64,000 bases of DNA from positions 64,567-128,566 of the forward strand of contig VXNZ01000014.1 in the NCBI GenBank assembly GCA_009840355.1, given 5' to 3'. Shown here one piece after another: positions 1-7,883 of the stretch. Position 1 is the stretch's first letter. Each line of letters starts with the position of its first letter. Source of the stretch: Chloroflexota bacterium (GTDB lineage Bacteria > Chloroflexota > Dehalococcoidia > Lucifugimonadales > JADFKI01). The notes beneath the pieces were generated by a model. It saw only the letters and a list, made by a program, of their open reading frames with translations, was not told the DNA's origin and ran no database searches. A program made the position numbers and the translations under genes.

Positions 1-118
1 ACAGCTCAGGACGAACGGGATTCTTATTCAAACCACCTGAATGGAAACGCTATCTAGGCATGCGCGGGCATGCCGATAGGCGTTATGCTAGAATATGAAC
101 AGATAGCAATCATCATAT

Positions 119-1039
119 TTGGAGCGTTGTGTACAGTTGCAGAATAGCGTTGATGGATTCTTGAACTATATGACGGTAGAGCGAGGCGTTTCGCCGAACA
201 CACTTTCGGCCTACAGGAGCGACCTCAATCAACTAGTGCAGTACTTACAGACCAACCATTTGAACGGTAACGGCAGCGATTGGCAGGATGTGGACGAAGA
301 TATGATGTCCCAATATCTGCTTCATCTTCACGCGCTAGAGTATTCCGATACTACGCGCGCACGGAAGGTCGCATCGAGCCGGTCGTTGTTTGGCTTCTTG
401 CTGGACGAAGGCAAGGTAAGCCGCGACCCTACCGAAAATATCAGCTCGCCGCGCATCGGGCGTTCGCTGCCGGACACACTGAGCGTGGATGAAGTCGGCG
501 ACCTGCTCGCCTACGCGGCGTTGCAAGACTCGCCGGACGGTTTGCGCAACCGCGCGATGTTCGAGCTGATGTACGCTTGCGGACTGCGCGCATCCGAACT
601 AGTCTCACTTGATCTAGGCGACATTGACTTGGAGCAAGGCAGCGTGCGCGCCTTTGGAAAGGGCGGCAAAGACCGCGTGATCCCGGCACATGCCGATGCA
701 ATCGCGGTGATGCGACGCTATATCAATGAAGCGCGGCCTTCGTTTGTGAAGCGCGAATCAGAGCGATCACTGTTCCTAAACAGGCGCGGCAAGCGGCTCA
801 GCCGTCAGGGATTCTGGTTGATTCTAAAGGCGAGTGCCGCGCGCGCGGGCATCACCAAGGCGATTAAGCCGCACATGCTGCGCCACAGCTTCGCCACGCA
901 CCTGCTGCAAGGTGGCGCTCCACTGCGGCATGTGCAGGAGTTGCTGGGGCATTCCAGCATCACAACCACGCAGGTTTATACGCACCTGACCAGCGAGCAT
1001 GTGCGCACCGAATACGATAAGTCCCATCCGAGAGCGTGA
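119..1039 (+). CDS. xerD: Tyrosine site-specific recombinase, XerD-like
   Basis: 306-aa ORF. N-terminal core-binding motif FLNYMTVERGVSPNTLSAYRSDL. C-terminal catalytic box HMLRHSFATHLL...LLGHSSITTTQVYTHL. The TTG start at 119 is uncertain, and XerD versus XerC is judged from motif resemblance only. Confidence 0.85.
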   Translation: MERCVQLQNSVDGFLNYMTVERGVSPNTLSAYRSDLNQLVQYLQTNHLNGNGSDWQDVDEDMMSQYLLHLHALEYSDTTRARKVASSRSLFGFLLDEGKVSRDPTENISSPRIGRSLPDTLSVDEVGDLLAYAALQDSPDGLRNRAMFELMYACGLRASELVSLDLGDIDLEQGSVRAFGKGGKDRVIPAHADAIAVMRRYINEARPSFVKRESERSLFLNRRGKRLSRQGFWLILKASAARAGITKAIKPHMLRHSFATHLLQGGAPLRHVQELLGHSSITTTQVYTHLTSEHVRTEYDKSHPRA

Positions 1040-1134
1040 ATGATGATGATTGAATTCGCCTGTATCGGCAAGTAGTATTCTCAGCACGGTCTCATACATA
1101 AGTCTTCACAGAAACACGCATAGGAGACATTGCA

Positions 1135-1506
1135 ATGCCAAGCAAAGCGCAACGCGCAGCATCGCGACAGGCACGGCTGAGCCGCAGGAAGCGACGCGGC
1201 AAGGCAGCGCCTCAGAACTTTGAAGCCGGTCCTACGCAGTCCACCGCGGTCAGCGACGCAGCAGCCGCTGCGCCGTCGCGTCCTGCAAGGCGGGCTACAT
1301 CGTACAACTCAAGCCCGGAGGCTCAGACGAGCACAGCAACCGCCGTAGCACCCAGCCCCCGCCCAGCCCCGCGCGCAAGACGCCGCGCCATCGATACTAG
1401 CGCGCCGGCAGTCAGCAAGTTCTTAGTCGGCGAGATTAGGCAGATCGGCATCATCACATCGCTTATCGCGGTGATTCTCGCAGGACTGACATTCGTGCTG
1501 GGCTAG
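1135..1506 (+). CDS. Hypothetical small tail-anchored protein (Arg-rich N-terminus, C-terminal TM helix)
   Basis: 123-aa ORF between xerD and uvrC, with AGGAGA 7 nt before the ATG. Basic N-terminus (RQARLSRRKRRGK), Ala/Pro/Ser-rich middle, and one C-terminal hydrophobic helix (IGIITSLIAVILAGLTFVLG). No family recognised. Confidence 0.5.
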   Translation: MPSKAQRAASRQARLSRRKRRGKAAPQNFEAGPTQSTAVSDAAAAAPSRPARRATSYNSSPEAQTSTATAVAPSPRPAPRARRRAIDTSAPAVSKFLVGEIRQIGIITSLIAVILAGLTFVLG

Positions 1507-1635
1507 GCAGGCAGCAGAGCCCAGCTGTCGTTTCCAATCCCAACTTTGCCTTCCATGCAACCCATAACGGCGCCAAGTGCCGGCGCTTCTTCAGGCATTG
1601 CAACGGGAAGGCAATTCTGACATATTGCCGTTAAC

Positions 1636-3519
1636 ATGCCGTACATCGACTTTTCCGAGCGTCTGAAAGCAACGCCCACAAAGCCGGGCGTGTACCTGAT
1701 GCGCGACGAAATCGGTGCAGTGCTGTATGTTGGCAAGGCTGCAGGGCTTCGCAGCCGCGTCAGTTCGTACTTTGCGCCAAGCGCCAGTCATCCCCGTAAA
1801 ATCGCCAACATGGTGGAGCGGGTTGCGGACTTCGAGTACATTGTTACCGAATCCGAGCAAGAGGCGCTCATTCTCGAGTGCAACCTCATCAAGGAACACC
1901 AGCCGCCGTACAACGCCCGCCTGAAGGACGACAAGAGCTACCCGTTCATCAAGATCGATGTGTCCGAGGACTTCCCGCAGGTCTATATCACGCGGCGCGT
2001 CAACAAGGACGGCTCGAAGTACTTCGGCCCGTTCGCAAGCGCAGGCAGCGTGCGCCGCACACTCGGCCTGCTAAAGAAACTATTCCCCTACCGTTCCTGC
2101 ACCAAGACTATCACCGGCACGGACGCTCGCCCCTGCCTCGACTACCATATCCACCGCTGCGTCGGTCCGTGCATCGGCGCAGTCGATAAGCAAGAGTACA
2201 GCGAGGTCATCGACCAGGTTATTCTGTTTCTCGAAGGCAAGACAAACAAGGTCGTCGGGTCGATTAAGCAGCGCATGCTCGCCGCAGCCGAAAGCCTTGA
2301 ATTCGAGAAGGCGGCTGTGCTGCGCGACCAGCTGACCGCCATTGAGAAGGTACACGAAGGTCAGAAGGTGCTGCACCTGACATCGGAGAATGCGGATGTC
2401 ATCGCTACTGCGCCGGGTACCCGGGAGGCATGGGTCGAGGTGTTTTTCATACGGCAGGGCAAGCTTATCGGGCGCGATAATTTCCTGATGACAGGCACGC
2501 AGGACGACGAGCCGAACAAGATTCTCACCGCTTTCGTGAAGCAGTTCTACGACGCCACGCCTTATGTCCCACCGCGCATACTCGTGCAGCATCCGCTCGA
2601 AGAGACTGACGGCATCGTGAAGTGGCTGCGCGAGAAGCGGCAAGGCAGCGTGCGCGTCCATGTGCCGCAGCGTGGCGAAAAGCGCCGTCTTGTTCAGATG
2701 GTCGCGGAGAACGCAGAGCAAGGCTTTGAGCAACTTCGCGTCAAGCAGATGTCGGACACCGCCGCGATGGATGCCGCAATGTCCGAACTGCACGAGGCGC
2801 TCAGCCTGCCGAACCCGCCACGCCGCATCGAGTGCTACGACATTTCCAACATTCAGGGCACGAACGCGGTTGGCAGCATGGTCGTGTTTGAGGACGGCAA
2901 GCCCAAGAAGGCGCACTATCGTCGATTCCAAATTAAGTCAGTCAAGGGCGTGGACGACTACTCCATGATGCGCGAAATGCTGACGCGCCGGTTCAAGCGT
3001 CTGTCTAAGTCAAGGCGTCCTCGCAACCCTGACGACCCGCCGGACAAGCCACTTCAGCCGATAAGCAAGGCAGACGGCGGCAACGCCTGGGGCATCGAAC
3101 CGGACCTCGTGCTGATAGACGGCGGCAAGGGGCATCTCGGCGCTGCGCTGCAAGTCTTCTTGGAACTAGGAATCAATGACATCCCGCTCGCAAGCCTTGC
3201 TAAAGAGAACGAAGAGTTGTTTATCCCGATGATGAGCGAAGGCATAATGCTGCCGCGTAACTCGCAAGGGCTGTATCTGGTGCAGCGCGCGCGAGACGAA
3301 GCGCATCGATTCGCCATCACATTCCACAGAGAGCGCCGCTCTAAGAAGAGCGTGCAGTCAGCGCTAGACCTAGTGCCAGGCATTGGCCCCAAGCGCAAGC
3401 GAATGCTGATACGCAGATTCGGCTCAGTAAGAGGCGTCAGCAACGCATCCGTCGAAGAAATCGCATCCGTCCCCGGCATGACACTAACCCTGGCACGCAG
3501 CATCAAGAATTACGTGTAG
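1636..3519 (+). CDS. uvrC: Excinuclease ABC subunit C
   Basis: 627 aa. GIY-YIG motif at the N-terminus (GVYLMRDEIGAVLYVGKA...LRSRVSSYF). UVR-like segment (EFEKAAVLRDQL). C-terminal endonuclease plus helix-hairpin-helix (VPGIGPKRKRMLIRRFGS). Confidence 0.95.
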   Translation: MPYIDFSERLKATPTKPGVYLMRDEIGAVLYVGKAAGLRSRVSSYFAPSASHPRKIANMVERVADFEYIVTESEQEALILECNLIKEHQPPYNARLKDDKSYPFIKIDVSEDFPQVYITRRVNKDGSKYFGPFASAGSVRRTLGLLKKLFPYRSCTKTITGTDARPCLDYHIHRCVGPCIGAVDKQEYSEVIDQVILFLEGKTNKVVGSIKQRMLAAAESLEFEKAAVLRDQLTAIEKVHEGQKVLHLTSENADVIATAPGTREAWVEVFFIRQGKLIGRDNFLMTGTQDDEPNKILTAFVKQFYDATPYVPPRILVQHPLEETDGIVKWLREKRQGSVRVHVPQRGEKRRLVQMVAENAEQGFEQLRVKQMSDTAAMDAAMSELHEALSLPNPPRRIECYDISNIQGTNAVGSMVVFEDGKPKKAHYRRFQIKSVKGVDDYSMMREMLTRRFKRLSKSRRPRNPDDPPDKPLQPISKADGGNAWGIEPDLVLIDGGKGHLGAALQVFLELGINDIPLASLAKENEELFIPMMSEGIMLPRNSQGLYLVQRARDEAHRFAITFHRERRSKKSVQSALDLVPGIGPKRKRMLIRRFGSVRGVSNASVEEIASVPGMTLTLARSIKNYV

Positions 3520-3647
3520 ATGCTGGCGCTAGGTTTCGCCAGAAAAGTCTGTCTTCTTTGCCTAGTTGTCCCCTCCCTTTCGACGGAGGAAGGCTGACAG
3601 GGGTGAATTGCAGTCGAGCAAGGTCTGTTGCCAGAACTTGACCATGG

Positions 3648-4517
3648 CTAACCCGCTGCCCCTTCGTTTCTACGATCCTCGCCGCGGATTCCGCCGGTGA
3701 ACGGACGCAGCAGGCTGGTGAACTCCATAGGGAAAATGAACTTGGTGGACGAGCTTTCGCCCAGCTTTTGCAGCGTTTCGAAGTACTGCAAGCTCAACGT
3801 GTTGGAGTCGATGTTCTGTGCAACGTCGTACACCTTATCCAGCGCGTTGCTGAAGCCTTCCGCGCGCAAGATCGCTGCCTGCTGGTCGCCCTCTGCGGAC
3901 AATATCTCCGCCTGGCGCTCGCCTTCCGCTTTAAGAATCGCCGCCTGCTTCTCGCCTTCCGCGACCGTGATGGCGGCTTGGCGCGTGCCTTCGGCTTCGG
4001 TTACGGCTGCGCGGCGCACGCGCTCGGCGGACATCTGGCGGTTCATCGCTTCCTGAATGTCGCGCGGCGGCTCAATTTCGCGAATCTCGACCTGCGTAAC
4101 CTTGATACCCCAACGCTCGGTTATCTCGTCCAGCTTCAGGCGAAGTTCTTCGTTGATGCGCTCTCGCTGCGAAAGTACATCGTCAAGCGGCATTTCACCG
4201 ATGACGGCGCGCAAAGTAGTCGTCGCAATGCCGATGACGGCGCTGGCGTAGTCCACTACCTCGAGGATGGACTTCTGCGCCTCGTTTGGTATGACGCGGA
4301 GATACACCAAAAAGTCGATGTCAATAGGTGCATTGTCGCTGGTGATGTTTGTCTGGCGCGGGATGTCGATAACGTCTTCGCGCAGGTCAACGGTATGCGT
4401 CTTGTGGAACGGCCATAGCAAGACCTGCAATCCCGGCGGCTTCAACCCAGCGAACTTGCCAAGCCAAAATACTCCGAGCAACTCATACTGCTGAACAATC
4501 TTGAAATATGGAATCAT
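3648..4517 (-). CDS. SPFH/band-7 (stomatin/prohibitin-like) membrane protein
   Basis: 289 aa. SPFH core (ITSDNAPIDIDFLVYLRV, EIREIEPPRDIQEAM) followed by an Ala/Glu-rich coiled coil (AEGEKQAAILKAEGERQAEILSAEGDQQAAILRAEG). Lies downstream of two NfeD genes, the classic stomatin-operon arrangement. Confidence 0.88.
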   Translation of the reverse strand: MIPYFKIVQQYELLGVFWLGKFAGLKPPGLQVLLWPFHKTHTVDLREDVIDIPRQTNITSDNAPIDIDFLVYLRVIPNEAQKSILEVVDYASAVIGIATTTLRAVIGEMPLDDVLSQRERINEELRLKLDEITERWGIKVTQVEIREIEPPRDIQEAMNRQMSAERVRRAAVTEAEGTRQAAITVAEGEKQAAILKAEGERQAEILSAEGDQQAAILRAEGFSNALDKVYDVAQNIDSNTLSLQYFETLQKLGESSSTKFIFPMEFTSLLRPFTGGIRGEDRRNEGAAG

Positions 4518-4652
4518 CGCTTCTTACTCCTGAAGTGCATTCTTGATGTAAATCCTAGAATCTATAGCGCTGATTTCATGAATTCTGGCGCTTCTCCTTC
4601 CGGAGATAGGTCAGAATTGGAGAATATTGAACAGTAAAGAGACTCGACTAGA

Positions 4653-5096
4653 TCAATCCCCGTCCGCCTTGAACACCTTGAGCACGAGACCGTCAACTTC
4701 CAGAATAATGACGCGCTCGCCGCTCGACACATGCGCGTCCGAGTCAGCGACGGCAGTCCACTGCTCGCCTGCCACCAGCACGCTTCCACGCGGCGTGAGC
4801 GCCGTAGTCGCCGTACCAATCTCCCCGATGAGTCTACTGGGATCGGTCGGGCTGGCGTACTTCCCCGCCTTACGCGCGTCTCGCATCGCCTTGATTGTCA
4901 AAGCCACACTGCCAATGGAAATAAGCGCCGCGCCCCCGACAATCGCGGGATTGCCGCTGCTGACCATGAATGCGCCGACGATTAGACACGCCGCACCAGC
5001 GATGCCGAAAATACCCGTGCCGGGCATCTGCGTTTCCGCGATGAAAAGTATGATTGCCGCGACAATCAGCGCTGCCCACAGTAGTTCGGGATCCAT
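4653..5096 (-). CDS. NfeD-family membrane protein (short form, C-terminal OB-fold)
   Basis: Hydrophobic N-terminal half, then the NfeD C-terminal motif GTATTALTPRGSVLVAGEQWTAVADS...GERVIILEVDGLVLKV. ATG at 5096 overlaps the stop of the upstream gene (TGATG). GTG at 5099 is an alternative start. Confidence 0.8.
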   Translation of the reverse strand: MDPELLWAALIVAAIILFIAETQMPGTGIFGIAGAACLIVGAFMVSSGNPAIVGGAALISIGSVALTIKAMRDARKAGKYASPTDPSRLIGEIGTATTALTPRGSVLVAGEQWTAVADSDAHVSSGERVIILEVDGLVLKVFKADGD

Positions 5097-6487
5097 CACC
5101 GCTCCGTCCGTTCGGAAAAGGCGGACTCGCTCGTTACTTTCAATACAAGCCCACTCACTTCCACTATCATAACACGCTCGCCGCTCGGAACGGGAATACC
5201 GTTCTCAGAAACCGCGCTCCACTGCTCGCCTGCCGCTTGCACGCTGCCAGTCGGGTTGAGGTCGGTTGTTGCCGTGCCGATTGTACCGACCAGATTGTTC
5301 GGGTTGCTCGTCGAGAAATCGTAGTATGCGGGTGCTCTGCGCGCTTGGCGCACTGCCCTGACTGTAAGCAGCAGCGACGCGAACATCGCCGCGCACACCG
5401 CGCCGATCACCCACAGACTGATGGAAAGGCTCGGTGCGTCCGGCAGCTCCGGAGCTTGCGGTGTGATGCTGATATTGCCGAACAGCAGGAACGCGCCAAC
5501 GACGAATGCTACCGCTCCACTTATACCAAATAAGCCGATGCCCGGCGCCTGCGCTTCAAGGTAGAACAGCGCCATTGCCAGCACAATCAGCCCGACGCCG
5601 ACCCAATTGACGGGCAAGCTGCCAAATGCAAGAAACGCGAGCGTTAGCGCGATTACTCCGACCGCTCCGGGGCCAATCAAGCCGGGGCTGAACAGCTCGA
5701 TGAGGATGCCGATACCGCCGATGGTCAGCAGCAAGAACGCTACATTCGGGTTCGCGAGAAAGCGCATGAAGTGGTCAACCGGCGTGCGCTCGATAGGCGT
5801 CACGGTCATGCCTTGCGTGGCAAGCACGACATTCTCGCCGTTGAATTCAATCTCCATGCCGTCGAGCTGCTCCAATAGGTCGGCAAGGTTATCCGCTTGC
5901 AGGTCTATGACTCGCAAATCAAGCGCTTCTTCGGCTGTGTACGACCGCGCGGCAAGTACCGTCTCTTCGAGGGCGTCGGCATTTCGGTTACGCTGCGAGG
6001 CAATGCTGCGAAGGAAGGCAGATGCGTCCTGAGTCGCCTTCTCACGGATTGTGTCGGGCAGGTCTTCACCGCCTGCGCTGACCGGAGACGCCGCGCCGAT
6101 GTTGGTCGCTGGCGCCATCGCAGCGACATGCGCAGCGGCGGTGATGAATGTGCCGGCAGAGGCGGCGCGGGCACCGGGCGGCGATACATACACGACGACC
6201 GGAACCGGCGCGGCGAAGATTTCCTCTACAATCTCACGCGTGGAATCAAGCAGTCCGCCGGGAGTGCTCAGCTGCACAATTAGCAAGCTGGCGCTAGCGT
6301 TGCCGGCGTCGTCAACCACGCCGGCAAAGTTGTTCGCTTCCAATGGCGTGATGGCGTCGTCAATGACCAGCAGATGCGCCTCGCCGCCCGCCGCCTGACT
6401 CGCCGCCTCAGCCGTGCCAATGTACTGCACTGCCAGAAGCCCACCAAAGCCAAACAGTATCAGCGAGACCGCAAAAATGTGCCTCAT
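5096..6487 (-). CDS. NfeD-family membrane-bound serine protease (ClpP/SppA-like domain + TM region + OB-fold)
   Basis: N-terminal signal/TM segment. ClpP-class protease-like region (HLLVIDDAITP..., VVVYVSPPGARAASAGTFI). Multi-TM middle. C-terminal NfeD OB motif GTATTDLNPTGSVQAAGEQWSAVSENG...GERVMIVEVSGLVLKV. ATG at 6487 preferred (GGAG 9 nt upstream), with GTG at 6502 as the alternative. Confidence 0.8.
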   Translation of the reverse strand: MRHIFAVSLILFGFGGLLAVQYIGTAEAASQAAGGEAHLLVIDDAITPLEANNFAGVVDDAGNASASLLIVQLSTPGGLLDSTREIVEEIFAAPVPVVVYVSPPGARAASAGTFITAAAHVAAMAPATNIGAASPVSAGGEDLPDTIREKATQDASAFLRSIASQRNRNADALEETVLAARSYTAEEALDLRVIDLQADNLADLLEQLDGMEIEFNGENVVLATQGMTVTPIERTPVDHFMRFLANPNVAFLLLTIGGIGILIELFSPGLIGPGAVGVIALTLAFLAFGSLPVNWVGVGLIVLAMALFYLEAQAPGIGLFGISGAVAFVVGAFLLFGNISITPQAPELPDAPSLSISLWVIGAVCAAMFASLLLTVRAVRQARRAPAYYDFSTSNPNNLVGTIGTATTDLNPTGSVQAAGEQWSAVSENGIPVPSGERVMIVEVSGLVLKVTSESAFSERTER

Positions 6488-6517
6488 AAGCCACGACTCC
6501 ACTATTCATACAAGTGC

Positions 6518-6546
6518 ATCGTAAGTAAGGCTATGCGATATGTCAA
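6518..6546 (-). promoter_or_regulatory. Candidate sigma70-type promoter of the NfeD-NfeD-SPFH operon
   Basis: The minus strand reads TTGACA (6546..6541), a 17-nt spacer, then TACGAT (6523..6518), about 30 nt upstream of ATG 6487. Sequence pattern only. Confidence 0.4.
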
Positions 6547-6789
6547 ACGCGCGGCTATACACTCAGCAACGAATTTCCAGTCAATCGTGGGCGGCTGAGA
6601 TGGGACATTTACTGCTTTGCCGGGCCATCACGAATCTGCCATAAGTCAGCCGGATTTGCGTTTGGCTTTGCTTACAAGCGGCGGCGCAACGGCAGAAATC
6701 TAACGAACGAGAGACTGGCCTGCAAACCGCAAATAAGGTTGAATTACTAAATTTTGCGTGTTGCTTTGAATGCCGCCGAAAGAGACAAG

Positions 6790-7194
6790 TCAGTACGCGA
6801 TAATTTCCACACCGAACTGCGCAAAAGCGTCGGCGGCGCGGGTGCATATTGGGATATCGAGTTGAATTGCGGTTGCGGCTACCAGCGCGATATACGAGAC
6901 ATCGCGCTCTAATGAATGCGACTCGTCGCCCTTCTGATAATCTGCCGCCAACAGCCCGGCAGTTCTAGCGGTCTCAATGTTGGGCGGTGCCTCTTCAACA
7001 AAACGCAGCACGCTGAGGAATCCAATCTCCGTACGCCTGTCAATATCGCCGCTCTGCCATAGTTCGAATACGGTCAGAGGAGATATGGCGGCTTGGATGT
7101 CGCCGTCCAGAATGGATTCGACCGTCGCGCGCGCGGCAGCATCGCCACTGCGCAGATCGTCGAAGAGCGTCCTGTCGAGAAGCATTTCAGCCAC
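6790..7194 (-). CDS. vapC: PIN-domain ribonuclease toxin, VapC-like
   Basis: 134 aa. Acidic residues in the expected PIN order (MLLDRT..., TVFELWQ, DVSYIALVAATA, ICTRAADAF). Overlaps the upstream RHH gene by 8 nt. Confidence 0.7.
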   Translation of the reverse strand: MAEMLLDRTLFDDLRSGDAAARATVESILDGDIQAAISPLTVFELWQSGDIDRRTEIGFLSVLRFVEEAPPNIETARTAGLLAADYQKGDESHSLERDVSYIALVAATAIQLDIPICTRAADAFAQFGVEIIAY

Positions 7195-7675
7195 TATCCG
7201 CCTCCCCGTCGTTGGGAGCGCCGAACATTAGCGCCGTCCGCGCCAAGTGCGCGGCGTCTTCGTCGGAGAAATCGACCGGATCGCCGACTCTGCCTAGTGC
7301 TTGGAACTCAGGCTGTCTAGAATCTGAGTCGTGCATTGGTGCGTCGATACTGTTGCTGAAATCGAATGCGCCAAGCGCAACACGGCGCGCCTCGTCATCC
7401 GAAAGCCCAATCGGCGCGCCTAGCGGTTGGTTCGCCTGCGCGCGCAGATATTGGTCATCCCATACAGACGGTTCGATAGGTGCCGCCGCAGCATCGGACG
7501 ACCGCGATAACGGAGCAGAATCGCCTGATATGGCATTCGTCAGCGCGTCCTCCACGAAGCGGCGCATCGGCACACGCAGTTCCGCGGCACGCGACTTTGC
7601 GGCAAGATATATGTCCTCGCGGATGTCAGCGTATAGCTTGCGAGTTGGTTCGGAGTGCTCTCGTATTCTAGGCAT
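7187..7675 (-). CDS. vapB: Ribbon-helix-helix antitoxin-like protein with a long acidic C-terminal extension
   Basis: 162 aa. N-terminal RHH-like pattern (KLYADIREDIYLAAKSRAAELRVPMRRFVEDALTNAI), then about 110 aa of Asp/Ala/Ser-rich, probably disordered sequence. Sits directly upstream of the PIN gene and overlaps it. Confidence 0.6.
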   Translation of the reverse strand: MPRIREHSEPTRKLYADIREDIYLAAKSRAAELRVPMRRFVEDALTNAISGDSAPLSRSSDAAAAPIEPSVWDDQYLRAQANQPLGAPIGLSDDEARRVALGAFDFSNSIDAPMHDSDSRQPEFQALGRVGDPVDFSDEDAAHLARTALMFGAPNDGEADSG

Positions 7676-7683
7676 AATTCAAG

Positions 7684-7710
7684 GTTATAGGAATATGAAC
7701 ATATAGTCAA
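7684..7710 (-). promoter_or_regulatory. Candidate promoter and palindromic operator of vapBC, possibly giving a leaderless mRNA
   Basis: The minus strand reads TTGACT (7710..7705), a 15-nt spacer, then TATAAC (7689..7684). The vapB ATG (7675) lies only 8 nt after the -10 box and has no SD. The spacer contains the palindrome ATATG-NN-CATAT (7693..7704). Confidence 0.4.
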
Positions 7711-7883
7711 GAGGCGCAAATTCGTTCCATGCGGTACAATTCTCACCGAAATAAGGCTTGATGCCATATACAGATATGCTGCAGACAGTGATTCTAGATG
7801 TTCCTGCCATTGGATTTCTTGAATTCATTGCAGGGAGAGTATGTACACAGGCGTGCCGTGCGGATGATATAATTCTCGGCATT

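Noticed and set aside
119-1039. Tyrosine recombinase as a marker of an integrated mobile element.
   Set aside because: Its motifs and length fit the housekeeping XerC/XerD type. It is followed by uvrC and ordinary genes, and I saw no att-like repeats or phage or transposon genes.
3520-3647. Short hairpins after uvrC (CTGGCG-N8-CGCCAG at about 3525..3544, and CCTCC-N8-GGAGG at about 3573..3590) as terminators.
   Set aside because: The stems are only 5-6 bp and have no adjacent U-tract on the relevant strand, so the evidence is too weak to annotate.
6503-6789. A 287-nt ORF-free gap that might hold a small RNA gene.
   Set aside because: I found no tRNA-like, RNase P, tmRNA, SRP or riboswitch signatures by eye. 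A promoter candidate for the NfeD operon explains at least part of the gap. An sRNA cannot be excluded without covariance-model searches.
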